A stretch of DNA of 64,000 bases from Acidobacteriota bacterium (lineage in GTDB: Bacteria > Acidobacteriota > Thermoanaerobaculia > Gp7-AA8): positions 415,978 through 479,977 of the forward strand of contig JAFATB010000022.1 in NCBI GenBank assembly GCA_019244185.1, written 5' to 3'. The translations under genes were made by a program, and so were the position numbers. Shown here in pieces: positions 52,829 through 62,819 of the stretch; the stretch's first letter is position 1; every line of letters starts with the position of its first letter. The notes below the pieces were generated by a model that ran no database searches, was not told the DNA's origin, and saw only the letters and a program-made list of their open reading frames with translations.

Positions 52829-53179
52829 ATGACCGTGAACCCGCTGCTCCTACAGTTACGAAGCACGATCGAGACGCTCGATTGCCGACAGATCGAAACC
52901 AGCCGCGCCGAGCTGCTCGGCATCGTCGAGGCGCTTGCCGCCGCGTTCCCAAACGGCAATGGCAATGGCGATTCCACGCACCGCCGTCTCTCTCCCCGTG
53001 AGCACGAGGTGATGACGATGATCCTCGACGGCCGCCGCCTCAAAGAAATCGCCGCGATGCTGGACATCAGCGTCAAGACCGTCACCACGCATCGCTCGCG
53101 CCTGCTGCGCAAGCTCGGCCTCGAGGACAACCTCGGCCTGTACCGCTACGGCGTGCGCAACGGTCTGATCGGCGTCTGA
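52829..53179 (+). CDS. LuxR-type HTH regulator lacking a receiver domain
   Basis: SD GGAGG; LSPREHEV, EIAAMLDISVKTVTTHRSRLLRKL. Confidence 0.88.
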   Translation: MTVNPLLLQLRSTIETLDCRQIETSRAELLGIVEALAAAFPNGNGNGDSTHRRLSPREHEVMTMILDGRRLKEIAAMLDISVKTVTTHRSRLLRKLGLEDNLGLYRYGVRNGLIGV

Positions 53180-53265
53180 CGCGCGAGCGGCGCGTGTGAC
53201 GCCGCGGCAAACAGATGCGTCCGACACGGGCGCGCCGCGATGATCGCTCTCATATTGCGAATCGT

Positions 53266-54351
53266 ATGACGCGATTCGCAAGCATCCTCTGCGCGCTCCT
53301 TCTCGCCGCTTGTTCCGCCGCCGCTGCCGCGGCAGTCGATCCGGCCGCGTACGACGTCAACAAGCTCGCGGACGGCGTATACGCGATCGTCTTCCGCGAG
53401 CAGCCGATCCATCCCGAGCCCAACGTCCTCATCGTGATCAACGACGCCGACGTGCTCGTCGTCGACTCGAGCCTCTTTCCGTCGACGTCGCGCGCGATCA
53501 TCGGCGAGATCAGGAAGCTCACGCCGAAGCCGGTGCGCTATCTCGTCAACACGCACTGGCACGACGATCACGTGTTCGGCAACGCGGTGTACCGCGAGAC
53601 GTGGCCGGACGTCACGATCGTCGCCCATCCGAACACGCGCAGCGACGCGGAGGCGAAGGCGTTCAGCGGCATCGAAGCCAGCGTGAAGGAAACCGAGGAG
53701 ACGCTCGCGAAGTACCGGCACGCGCTGGAGACCGGGAAGCGCTCGGACGGCACGCCGCTCACCGACGACTCGCGCCACGCCATCGAAGGCGTCGTGCAGA
53801 TGATGTCGCAGTATCCGCGCGAGATGCGCGACGTGAAGATGGCGCTGCCGGACACGACGTTCGAGGATCACCTCATCCTGCACCGCGGCTCGCGCACGAT
53901 CGAGCTCCACTACCTCGGCCGCGGCAACACGCGCGGCGACGTCGTCGTCTATCTGCCGAAAGAGAAGATCCTCGCCACCGGCGATCTCGTCGTCGCGCCG
54001 GCGCCGCTCGGCCTCGGCTCGTACTACGACGACTGGGCGAAGACGCTCGAGCGCCTCATGACCTTCGACGCGACGACGATCTTCCTCAGTCACGGCGCGA
54101 CGCAGCACGACTTCGCGTACATCCACAAAGTGCACGATCTCCTCGCGTCGTTAACCGCGCAGGTCAAGGCGAGGGTCGCCGCGGGCGCGACGCTCGAGGA
54201 CGTACAGAAGACCGTGACGCTCGCCGACTGGAAGAAGACGTTCGCCGGCGACGACGCCGCCATCGCGCGCATGTTCGACGGCTACTTCGTCGCTCCGGCG
54301 GTCGAGCGCGCGTACCGGCAGGCGAAAGGGGAGCCGGACGACGGCGGATAG
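53266..54351 (+). CDS. Secreted MBL-fold metallo-hydrolase
   Basis: NTHWHDDHVFGN, GNTRGD, ATGDL, SHG; signal peptide. Confidence 0.9.
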   Translation: MTRFASILCALLLAACSAAAAAAVDPAAYDVNKLADGVYAIVFREQPIHPEPNVLIVINDADVLVVDSSLFPSTSRAIIGEIRKLTPKPVRYLVNTHWHDDHVFGNAVYRETWPDVTIVAHPNTRSDAEAKAFSGIEASVKETEETLAKYRHALETGKRSDGTPLTDDSRHAIEGVVQMMSQYPREMRDVKMALPDTTFEDHLILHRGSRTIELHYLGRGNTRGDVVVYLPKEKILATGDLVVAPAPLGLGSYYDDWAKTLERLMTFDATTIFLSHGATQHDFAYIHKVHDLLASLTAQVKARVAAGATLEDVQKTVTLADWKKTFAGDDAAIARMFDGYFVAPAVERAYRQAKGEPDDGG

Positions 54352-54418
54352 CGAGGCGTCTCCGCGCGCGCCGCGCGTCTTGCCTTCGTTCGCCCGTCGC
54401 GTTTACCCTTCGCTCCCG

Positions 54419-55129
54419 ATGGCCATCCTGCGGAGTGCGCTGGTCTTCACGATGCTCGTCACGCTGAAGTGCCTGAGCAAGCTGTTCTACCGGCTCGACT
54501 TCGGCTGGATCGGCGAAACGCCGAAAGATCCGTGGGCGGACCTGCGGCTCGTCGCGTTTCTCAACCATACGAGCCTCTTCGAGCCGCTCTTCCTCGGCAT
54601 GGTGCCGAACCGCTTCATCTGGCGTCTCGCGGCGCACGGCGTCGTGCCGGCGGCGGACAAGACCACCGATCGCCCCCTGGTCGGCCTCATCTTCCGCTTC
54701 GTCGCGCATCACGTCATCGCCATCACGCGTCAGCGCGATGCGACCTGGTTCGAGGTGCTGCGCAAGATCGATCCCGACTCGATGGTCGTCATCGCGCCGG
54801 AAGGACGCATGAAGCGCGCGAACGGTCTCGACCTCCACGGCCGCCCGATGAGCGTGCGCGGCGGCATCGCGGACATCCTCCTCGCCGTGCGCGACGGACG
54901 CATGCTCATCGCGTACAGCGGCGGGCTGCATCACGTGCAGGTGCCGGGACACGCGCCGCGCATCTTCAAGACCGTGCGGCTGCGCGTCGAGAACGTCTCG
55001 ATCGCGGAGTACATCGAGGCGCGCATGCGCGAGGGCGGCGCCGAGGAGTTCAAGAAGAACGTCATGCGCGACCTCGACTGGCGCCGCGACACGTACGCAC
55101 CGGAAGAACGGCCGGCGAAAGTCGCGTAG
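54419..55129 (+). CDS. Lysophospholipid acyltransferase (PlsC-like)
   Basis: NHTSLFE (HxxxxD with E) and APEGR. Confidence 0.75.
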   Translation: MAILRSALVFTMLVTLKCLSKLFYRLDFGWIGETPKDPWADLRLVAFLNHTSLFEPLFLGMVPNRFIWRLAAHGVVPAADKTTDRPLVGLIFRFVAHHVIAITRQRDATWFEVLRKIDPDSMVVIAPEGRMKRANGLDLHGRPMSVRGGIADILLAVRDGRMLIAYSGGLHHVQVPGHAPRIFKTVRLRVENVSIAEYIEARMREGGAEEFKKNVMRDLDWRRDTYAPEERPAKVA

Positions 55130-55147
55130 CGAAGCGAAGGAACGATC

Positions 55148-55750
55148 GTGGAGTCGACCTTCCTCATCCATTCGCGGAAGCGCGCGCGCCGCGAGAGGCT
55201 GGGTTGGATCCAGCACGTGATCACCGCGCTGCTGCTGATCACGACGGCGTGGCCGCACGTCGAGCACGAGCTGAATCCGCTCGCGGTCGCGGAGCTTGTC
55301 GCCGGCGCCGCGCTGATTCTCACGGCCATCGTCGAGAAAACGCGCAAGACGCACGCGCGCGTTGCCTGGCTCGAGATCGCCGGCGCGCTGATGATGTACG
55401 TCGAGGCGATCGCGAAGCTGTACGAACCGCATCACGCCTCGTACCGCAGGCTCAGTTTTCTGCCGCCGACGGTCGTGCTGATCCTCGGCGTCTTCGACCA
55501 TCAGGTGCGCGAGCGCATTCGCTTCATCGCCGGCGACCGCGGCTTCGAGTATCGCTCGCGGCTGCTGAAGTGGAAGCGTGTCGCGTGGGAGGGCGTGCGC
55601 GCGTATCGCATTACGCCGAAGCACATCGAGTTCATCGCGCAGGACGGCCGCGTGTCGCGCGTCAAGATCACCGACGTCCTGAATCGCACCGAAGCGCTGG
55701 CGTGGGCGGAGGAGCAGTTCCGCGCGCGCGGGTTAGTCGCGGCGGAGTAG
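55148..55750 (+). CDS. Hypothetical membrane protein (4 TM plus soluble C-terminus)
   Basis: SD AAGGA; hydrophobic helices. Confidence 0.7.
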   Translation: MESTFLIHSRKRARRERLGWIQHVITALLLITTAWPHVEHELNPLAVAELVAGAALILTAIVEKTRKTHARVAWLEIAGALMMYVEAIAKLYEPHHASYRRLSFLPPTVVLILGVFDHQVRERIRFIAGDRGFEYRSRLLKWKRVAWEGVRAYRITPKHIEFIAQDGRVSRVKITDVLNRTEALAWAEEQFRARGLVAAE

Positions 55751-56500
55751 CTGCGCGAACGCCTGCGCGGTCATCGGCTTGTGGAAGAGAAAGCCCTGGA
55801 TGTAGTCGCAGTCGAGCTCGAGCAGGAAGTCGAGCTGCTCCTGCGTCTCCACTTCCTCCGCGATGACTTCGAGCCCGAGATCGTGCGCGAGCATTACCAG
55901 CGCCTTCACGATCGCGCGTGAGCGGCGGTCGCCGGGAAGCTCCTTCATGAACGCGCCCGGAATCTTGAGGCCATCGATCGGGAAGTGCTGCAGGTGCGTG
56001 ACGGACGAGAAGCCGGTGCCGAAGTCGTCGAGCCAGAGGTTGAGGCCGCGCTCGCGCAGCGCGTCGAGCACCTTCATCGTCTCGCGCGGATGCTTGATGT
56101 AGCTCGTCTCGGTGATCTCGAGATTGACCTTCTTCGTATCGATGCCGCACGACGTGACGAGACCCTCAAGGCGGTCGAGGACGGTGCCTTCCTCGAACTC
56201 GCGCGGCGAGAGATTCACGTTGAGGCGGATGCCGTCCGGCCAGTGCGCGGCGTCGGTGTACGCCTGTTTGACGACCATCGAGTCGAGGCGGAAGAGCTCG
56301 AGGCCGCCGTTCTCTTCGGCCGCTTCCGTGATCACGGACGCCTCGCGGATCTCGCCGCTGCGCCGGCGTTGCCGCAGCAGCGCTTCCGCGCCGTAAATCG
56401 CGGCGCTGTCGGCCTCGTGAATGGGCTGATAGACGAGCAGCAGTTGTTCGTGCTCGTCGATGGCGCGGTCGAGCGCGGCCTGCGCCACTTCATCAGCCAT
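55733..56500 (-). CDS. Stand-alone EAL phosphodiesterase
   Basis: YQPI, AEALLR, NVNLS, EITE, DDFGTG, EEVET, QGF; start 56500 or 56530. Confidence 0.92.
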   Translation of the reverse strand: MADEVAQAALDRAIDEHEQLLLVYQPIHEADSAAIYGAEALLRQRRRSGEIREASVITEAAEENGGLELFRLDSMVVKQAYTDAAHWPDGIRLNVNLSPREFEEGTVLDRLEGLVTSCGIDTKKVNLEITETSYIKHPRETMKVLDALRERGLNLWLDDFGTGFSSVTHLQHFPIDGLKIPGAFMKELPGDRRSRAIVKALVMLAHDLGLEVIAEEVETQEQLDFLLELDCDYIQGFLFHKPMTAQAFAQLLRRD

Positions 56501-56505
56501 GATGG

Positions 56506-57189
56506 TTACGAGCGCTTGACGAGCTGCCACGTCGCGAGCAGCGCGCCGAGGAGCGCGAAGATGACCAGCACGCGATTGCGCGCGAGGACCGCGCCGATGG
56601 ACGCCTCCTGACGCGTGCGTTCCTTCAGCAGCTCCATCTTCTGGATCTCGCGCGTGCGCACGATCTCGCGAACGGTGGTCTCGAATTCGTCGAGCGAGCG
56701 CTGGGCTTCCGGCGCGACCGCGGCGCCGCGCTGCATGTCGATGAGCACGGACGAGGTGACCGCGGGACGCACGACGCGGTCGCCGCGCTCATCGCGCATC
56801 ACGTGATAGTCGCCCTGCTCGAAGTCGAGCACCGTCGGCCCGACCTTGCTGTTGCGGATGAAGAGCACGTGCTCGTCGCCCTCACGGAACTTCGGAACGC
56901 CGACGGTTTCCTGATGCAGCCCGTCGACCGTGCCGCCCGGCGTAACGACCGTGATCGTCCGCGTCGGGAAGCCCTTCATCGTCATCTGCACTTCAAAGGT
57001 CGAGTAGGTGAGGATCCAGCGATGCGCGTCGTCCCAGCGCGACTCCTGCGCGACGCATTTGCCCATCACGATCGCCGCCGCGTTCTGCACCTTCTGGTCG
57101 AACGGGATCGCGCGGACGAGCGTCGCATGCGCGGCCGCGGACACGAACAGCGTCAGCGAGAGAGTGAGGAGCAGGCGAGGGCGGGTCAT
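56506..57189 (-). CDS. Hypothetical secreted protein with C-terminal membrane anchor
   Basis: Signal peptide; PGGTVDG, P.F..G..VLF; C-terminal TM. Confidence 0.75.
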   Translation of the reverse strand: MTRPRLLLTLSLTLFVSAAAHATLVRAIPFDQKVQNAAAIVMGKCVAQESRWDDAHRWILTYSTFEVQMTMKGFPTRTITVVTPGGTVDGLHQETVGVPKFREGDEHVLFIRNSKVGPTVLDFEQGDYHVMRDERGDRVVRPAVTSSVLIDMQRGAAVAPEAQRSLDEFETTVREIVRTREIQKMELLKERTRQEASIGAVLARNRVLVIFALLGALLATWQLVKRS

Positions 57190-57242
57190 CGGTCACTTCC
57201 ATAGCAATCGCGCTGCCACGAAGGGACTAGAATCCCCGCGCC

Positions 57243-59069
57243 ATGAGAAAGACGACCGCCTCCGTTTTTCTTCTCCTCGCATTCGCCACGGCCGCGCTCG
57301 CCGCGACGCCCGCGAAATCTACGAAATCCGCCGCGAAAGCCACGCCCACGCAGGCGCTGCACCAGCTCTTCGACGACGAATGGGAGTGGCAGCTCCGCGA
57401 GAGTCCCGAGACCGCCACGTTCCTCGGCGACCGCCGCTTCGACGACCGTCTCGACGACCGCTCGCCCGCGGCGTTCGAGCGCCGCCGCGCGCACGACCGC
57501 GAGACGCTCCGCCGCATCGAAGCCATCGACCGCGCGAAACTGCCCGAGCGCGACCGGCTCGACTACGACCTCTTCCTCCTCCAGGCGCGCAACGCCGTCG
57601 AAGGCGACGCGTTCCCGAGCGAGGTCACGCCCGTGACGCAACTCGGCGGCGTCTACAGCGTCCTCGGCGAGCTCGCGCAGGCGATCCCGCGCGACACGGT
57701 CAAGGATCACGAGAACTTCCTCGCGCGGATGCGCGCCTTCCCGCGCGCCGTCGACGACACGATCGCGCTCATGCGCCGCGGCCTCGAGCTCGGCGTCACG
57801 CCGCCGCGCGCGGTGGCCGGCAAAGTCGAGGAGCTGATCGGCAATCAGCTCTTCGACGACCCGACGCAGAGCCCGATCTACCAGATCGCGTTCACGAATT
57901 TCCGGCCGTCGATCCCCGCGGCCGAACAGCAGCGTCTCCAGAAAGAAGCGGCGACGGTTCTCCGGAATGATGTGCTGCCTGCCATCCAGCGGTTGCACAA
58001 ATTCTGGGCAGACGAGTATTTCCCGAAGACGCGCGAGTCGATCGCGCTCAGCAGCATCCCTCAGGGGAAAGAGTGGTACGCGTACCAGATCCGCACGCAG
58101 ACCACGACCAAGCTCTCCGCCGACGAGATCCACAACCTCGGCCTCTCGGAAGTGAAACGCATCCGCGGCGAGATGGAGAAGGTCAAGGAGCAGGCCGGCT
58201 TCCACGGCACGCTCGAGGAGTTCTTCGTCTTCCTCCGCACCGATCCGCGCTTCTACTACACGAGGCGCGAGGATCTGCTCGAGGGCTACCGCGACATCGC
58301 CAAGAAGATCGATCCCGAGCTCACGCGCCTCTTCGGCCGCCTGCCGCGGCTGCCGTACGGCGTCACGCCGATTCCGTCGTACTCGGAGAAGACGCAGACC
58401 ACGGCGTACTACAACCCCGGCGCGCCGGAGTCGCACCGCCCCGGCTACTACATGGTCAACCTCTACGACCTCGCCTCGCGGCCGAAGTGGGAGATGGAGG
58501 CGCTATCGCTGCACGAGTCCGTCCCGGGACATCACCTGCAGATCGCGCTCGAGCAGGAGCTGGAGAACGTGCCGAAGTTCCGCCGCGCCGGCGCGTACAC
58601 GGCCTTCGTCGAAGGCTGGGGACTCTACGCCGAGTCGCTCGGCCCGGAGCTCGGCCTCTTCACCGATTCGTACTCGAAGTTCGGCCAGCTGACGTACGAG
58701 ATGTGGCGCGCCGTGCGCCTCGTCGTCGACACCGGCATGCACTCGAAAGGGTGGACGCGGCAGCAGGCCATCGACTACTTCGCGTCGAACTCGAGCAAGC
58801 CGCTGCACGACATCGAGGTCGAGATCGACCGCTACATCGCCTGGCCCGGTCAGGCGCTCGCGTACAAGATCGGCGAGCTGACGATCAAACGCCTGCGCGC
58901 CGACGCGCAGCGCCAGCTCGGCGAGAAGTTCGACATCCGCGCCTTCCACGACGAGCTCCTCGGCGCCGGTCCGCTGCCGATGTCGCTCCTCGAGACGCGC
59001 ATGAACGACTGGATCCGCGCGCAGAAGGGGAGCGGCGAGGCGAAAGCGACGATCACGCTGTCGCGCTAG
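57243..59069 (+). CDS. DUF885-family secreted protein (second paralog)
   Basis: HESVPGHH, EGWGLYAE, RAVRLVVDTGMH, PGQALAYKIG. Confidence 0.92.
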   Translation: MRKTTASVFLLLAFATAALAATPAKSTKSAAKATPTQALHQLFDDEWEWQLRESPETATFLGDRRFDDRLDDRSPAAFERRRAHDRETLRRIEAIDRAKLPERDRLDYDLFLLQARNAVEGDAFPSEVTPVTQLGGVYSVLGELAQAIPRDTVKDHENFLARMRAFPRAVDDTIALMRRGLELGVTPPRAVAGKVEELIGNQLFDDPTQSPIYQIAFTNFRPSIPAAEQQRLQKEAATVLRNDVLPAIQRLHKFWADEYFPKTRESIALSSIPQGKEWYAYQIRTQTTTKLSADEIHNLGLSEVKRIRGEMEKVKEQAGFHGTLEEFFVFLRTDPRFYYTRREDLLEGYRDIAKKIDPELTRLFGRLPRLPYGVTPIPSYSEKTQTTAYYNPGAPESHRPGYYMVNLYDLASRPKWEMEALSLHESVPGHHLQIALEQELENVPKFRRAGAYTAFVEGWGLYAESLGPELGLFTDSYSKFGQLTYEMWRAVRLVVDTGMHSKGWTRQQAIDYFASNSSKPLHDIEVEIDRYIAWPGQALAYKIGELTIKRLRADAQRQLGEKFDIRAFHDELLGAGPLPMSLLETRMNDWIRAQKGSGEAKATITLSR

Positions 59070-59730
59070 CGTTCGTCGCCAGCACGCGTTCGAGGAAGTC
59101 GCGCACGGCCTCGGCTTCCTCGGCCACGACCTGATGTCCCATCGGGTACTCGTGGTACGTGACGTCGACGCCGGCGTCTTCGAGCAACGCCCGCGCGCGA
59201 TACGCGTAGTTCACCGGCACGACGTCGTCGACCGTGCCGTGCGCGATCAGCACCGGCAGTCCCGCCCGCGACTTCAGGTCGGGGAGATCGGCGTCGTACA
59301 GCCCACCGCTCATGGCCACGATGCCGGCCGGCTGCGTCTCCAGGCGCAGCCCGACGTCGAGCGCCATCATCGCGCCCTGCGAGAAGCCGCCGATGACGAG
59401 TGCGCGGGCCGGATGGCGTTTGGTCAACTCGTTGACGAACTCGAGGAGCAGCGCGCGCGACGCGGCCAGGGACGGCTGCTCCGGCGGCCAGCCGTCGAAC
59501 CACGTCCAGCCGAAGGTCATGCCGTCGTACGCCTCGAACGGACGCGGCGCGTTGGGAAACACGAAGCGCGCGCCCTGCGCCGGATCGAGCAGCGGCGCGA
59601 GGTCGGCGAGATCGTGCATGTCCGCGCCGCGGCCGTGGATGAGCACGACCAGCGGCAGCGACGGATCGTCGCTCCCGCCCGGCACGGTGACGAGATACCG
59701 CAGCGGCAGATCATCGAAGCGCGCGTGCAT
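59053..59730 (-). CDS. Phospholipase/carboxylesterase (alpha/beta hydrolase)
   Basis: HGRG, GFSQG, HGTVDDVV, GH. Confidence 0.9.
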   Translation of the reverse strand: MHARFDDLPLRYLVTVPGGSDDPSLPLVVLIHGRGADMHDLADLAPLLDPAQGARFVFPNAPRPFEAYDGMTFGWTWFDGWPPEQPSLAASRALLLEFVNELTKRHPARALVIGGFSQGAMMALDVGLRLETQPAGIVAMSGGLYDADLPDLKSRAGLPVLIAHGTVDDVVPVNYAYRARALLEDAGVDVTYHEYPMGHQVVAEEAEAVRDFLERVLATNASATA

Positions 59731-59778
59731 GAAGGGCGGATTTTAGCGCGACCGCGTCGCATCCGCCGCCCGTGATGC

Positions 59779-59826
59779 TTGACTTCGTGCTACTACAGTC
59801 GTAGTATTTCCTACGACACGAGTAGA
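59779..59826 (+). promoter_or_regulatory. Sigma-70 promoter with BlaI/CopY-type operators
   Basis: TTGACT(59779)-N17-TAGTAT(59802); palindrome TACTAC-AGTC-GTAGTA at 59791-59806 (TACA-NN-TGTA-like); weaker copy near 59812-59826. Confidence 0.75.
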
Positions 59827-59828
59827 CG

Positions 59829-60221
59829 ATGGCCAAGCGCACGCAGATCCAACTCACCCGGTTCGAGCTCGAAATCATGGAAGTCCTCTGGCGGATCGGA
59901 GAATCGTCCGTCCGCGAAGTGCAGGAAGGTCTGCAGGAGCGCAGGCGTCCCGCCTACACGACGGTGCAGACGATCTTCGGCCGTCTCGAGGAGAAGAAAG
60001 CGGTGCGGCGGACGCGCAAGATCGGCAACGCGTTTCTCTACGAGCCGCTGATCACGCGCACGTCCGCGTATCGCCGGCTCGTGGAGGATTTCCTGGCCTT
60101 CTTCGGTGGCTCGGCGCGGCCGCTCGTTGCGCATCTGCTCGAGTCGGGGAAGCTGACGCTCGAAGATCTGAAAACCATCGAGGACAACGGCACCGCCGGC
60201 GCCTCGGAGGACGAGAAGTGA
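59829..60221 (+). CDS. BlaI/MecI/CopY-family repressor
   Basis: ELEIMEVLW, AYTTVQT, RLEEK, FFGGS. Confidence 0.93.
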   Translation: MAKRTQIQLTRFELEIMEVLWRIGESSVREVQEGLQERRRPAYTTVQTIFGRLEEKKAVRRTRKIGNAFLYEPLITRTSAYRRLVEDFLAFFGGSARPLVAHLLESGKLTLEDLKTIEDNGTAGASEDEK

Positions 60222-61729
60222 TGCGCGCCGCGGCCGTCTGGCTGCCGCGCATCGGCGCGCACGTGGCCGATTCGACGCTCTTCCTCGCGTGCATCCTGTG
60301 CGTGCTGTGGATGGCGCGCCGCCGGCTGACGGCGAGTGCGCGCCACGCGCTCGTCGTCACCGGCATGCTGAAGTTCGCGATTCCGATCGCGGCGGTCCGC
60401 GCGCTGTTGCCGGCGCGGCCGCTCCCGTCGCTGATCGTCTCGCACGCCGCGCTCGGCAGGTTCGCGCTCGCAAGTCAGCCGGCACCGTCGCGCATCTGGC
60501 CGGCCGTCCTCCTCGGCAGCTGGCTCGCGGTCGCGCTGCTCCTGTGGGCGCGCTGGACGCTGACGCGGCATCGTCTCGTCACGCTCGTCGTGCGTACCGC
60601 GAGGCCGGCCAGCGCGCGGGAGATCGAGGCTTTCGCGCGCGCGCATCGCGCTCTGCACGTCCGCCGCAGCGTGGACGTCGCGCGTTCGGCGCTTGCGGAA
60701 GCGCCGGCGGTGCTTCGCATCGTGCGGCCGCTCGTCGTGCTGCCCGCGCGCGGCTGCGACGAGTTGTCCGACGGCGAGCTCGAAGCGCTCCTTCGTCACG
60801 AGGCCGGGCACGTCGCGCGCCACGACAACCTCATCGCGCGCATCGAGTCGCTGGTCGGCGCGCTGTTCTGGTTCCATCCGCTCCTGTGGGTCGCGCAGCG
60901 GATCACCGCGCTCGAACGCGAGCGCGCCTGCGACGAGCTGGCCGCCGCGACGGCGGACGAACGGGATACCTATCTGGCCGCGCTGCGCAAGTTCTGCCAC
61001 GCGGCGATTGCACCGCCGTTGCCGGGCGTGTCGTGCATGGCGACGGCGAAATTGAAGGAAAGGATCGATCACGTCATGGAATACCCGCGCATCAAAGCCA
61101 ACGCCCCTTCACCCCGCCGCGTCACCATCGCCGCCGTTGCGGCGATGGTGGCCTTCACCGTCGCCGCCGGATTGTTCGTGCCCGGACGCGCGGTGGCGCA
61201 GACCGCGCCCGGGAACGACGCGTACGCGATCCGCATGTCCGTGAACCGTCTGCCGAACGGCACGGTGCTCGCGCATGCGGTCGTCAGCGACCCCGCCACC
61301 GGCATCGCGGTCTTCTCGCCGACCGTCGGACTGCAGGACTCTCCGGATGCGAAGGTCGTCAGCGACGACGGCCGCTTCGTGCTGCAGACGAGCGCCGCCG
61401 CCGACGGCGCGATCGCCGTCGACGTCAACGTCTCGCGCGACGGCAACGTGATCCAGAACGCGCACGCGGTGATCACGCCGTCGATGGAATCGCATGTCTA
61501 TCAGGGTGAGCCGATCTCGATGACGCTGCACGACGCCGACCTGCGCGACGTGATCCACACGTTTGGCAAGCTGACCGGTCTGATCATCGACATCGACCCG
61601 AGCGTGAGAGGCACGGTCGACGTCAACTGGGTCGACGTCCCGTGGGACCAGGCGTTCGATACGCTGTTGAAAGAGAACGGCTGCGCGTACAGCCTCGACG
61701 GCAACAGGATGCACGTCACGAAGCAGTGA
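60218..61729 (+). CDS. M56 (BlaR1-like) metallopeptidase with C-terminal STN / secretin-N0-like domain
   Basis: HEAGH, WFHPL, ERACD, LKERI; C-terminal ISMTLHDADLRDVI...VPWDQAFDTLL. Confidence 0.88.
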   Translation: MMRAAAVWLPRIGAHVADSTLFLACILCVLWMARRRLTASARHALVVTGMLKFAIPIAAVRALLPARPLPSLIVSHAALGRFALASQPAPSRIWPAVLLGSWLAVALLLWARWTLTRHRLVTLVVRTARPASAREIEAFARAHRALHVRRSVDVARSALAEAPAVLRIVRPLVVLPARGCDELSDGELEALLRHEAGHVARHDNLIARIESLVGALFWFHPLLWVAQRITALERERACDELAAATADERDTYLAALRKFCHAAIAPPLPGVSCMATAKLKERIDHVMEYPRIKANAPSPRRVTIAAVAAMVAFTVAAGLFVPGRAVAQTAPGNDAYAIRMSVNRLPNGTVLAHAVVSDPATGIAVFSPTVGLQDSPDAKVVSDDGRFVLQTSAAADGAIAVDVNVSRDGNVIQNAHAVITPSMESHVYQGEPISMTLHDADLRDVIHTFGKLTGLIIDIDPSVRGTVDVNWVDVPWDQAFDTLLKENGCAYSLDGNRMHVTKQ

Positions 61730-61806
61730 GCACCGTGCCTCGCGCACGCGCCGCGAGCCACGCGGCGCGCGCGCAACGTCGTCGCCGCGCCGCATAGAAT
61801 GGCGTC

Positions 61807-62295
61807 GTGCCTGACGAAATGACGGAGCTCGCCGCGGCGATCCGCGCGCGCACGGCCGCGGCGCTCGGCGATCTGCTTCGCTTCGCGTCGCCCGCGTTGC
61901 TGCAGAAGCTCGCCGTCGATCTCGTCCCGCCGCTCATGCGCGTCGCCGGCTACACCGGCATTCCCCTCGGCACCGGCGATCGCTGGGGCGACGCGCTCGC
62001 GCAGCCGCGCATCGTTGGCTTGCCGCCCGTGCTCGTGCGCATCCACGCCGGCGCGTGGCTTGCGGACGACACGCGCAGTCTCGCCGCGGCCATGCAGGGC
62101 GCAAACGCCACGCAGGCGGCGCTCGCCGTCATCGCCGACGATCCGCTGACGCGCGAGCTGCGCGACGCGGTCGCCGCGTACGTGCCGTGGCTCCTCGATC
62201 GCGACGGTCTCGTGAACCTCATGCTCAGCGCGAACGTCGGCGTCGCCGTGCGCGCATACGAGGCGAAATATCCGGACGAGGTGTACTTCCGATGA
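61807..62295 (+). CDS. Degenerate Mrr-like restriction endonuclease catalytic-domain protein
   Basis: SPALLQKLAVDL..GY, GDRWGD, C-terminal LLDRDGLVNLM..NVGV..YE....DEVYF; QxK replaced by RIH. Confidence 0.55.
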   Translation: MPDEMTELAAAIRARTAAALGDLLRFASPALLQKLAVDLVPPLMRVAGYTGIPLGTGDRWGDALAQPRIVGLPPVLVRIHAGAWLADDTRSLAAAMQGANATQAALAVIADDPLTRELRDAVAAYVPWLLDRDGLVNLMLSANVGVAVRAYEAKYPDEVYFR

Positions 62296-62771
62296 ATGCC
62301 GTCGAACAGTCCATCCGCCGCGCGCTTCCCGTGCTCGCGGAGAAGGGGACCATCGCACCATTCGTGCTGCTCGCGTGGCTCATCCGCTCCGGCGTGAAGA
62401 AGCCCGACGCGATCCGCGCGCAGCGCTTCGTGCCGCTCGCGTTCGGACGCGTGCTCATCGAAGGGATGGGCGTCGCGCTCGACGACACGTACGTCCGCGT
62501 CAACCATGACGGCTCGCGCGAGGAGCGCACGCTGAGCGGCGAGGAGTTCTTCACGACCGCGCTGCGAATCGCGAAAGCGGGACAGGTTCCGGCGGCGCTC
62601 TTCACGCCGATCGCGCTCCTCAGTTCCGAGGTGCAGGCCGTGAACGCGGCGCTCAGCGCGGGCGCGAATGCCGAAGATCTCGTCGCGTCGCCGGCGGTCA
62701 TCGAGTGGCCGGACGAGACGCCGGCGGCGCCCGCCGCGTCGTCGCGGCCATGGTGGAAGTTCTGGGGGTAG
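62292..62771 (+). CDS. Hypothetical protein with C-terminal RPWWKFW tail
   Basis: ATGA overlap; protein-like composition. Confidence 0.7.
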   Translation: MNAVEQSIRRALPVLAEKGTIAPFVLLAWLIRSGVKKPDAIRAQRFVPLAFGRVLIEGMGVALDDTYVRVNHDGSREERTLSGEEFFTTALRIAKAGQVPAALFTPIALLSSEVQAVNAALSAGANAEDLVASPAVIEWPDETPAAPAASSRPWWKFWG

Positions 62772-62819
62772 GGCAAATCCGGTAAACTGACGGCTTTCCA
62801 GATTCCCCCGAGGTGACCC

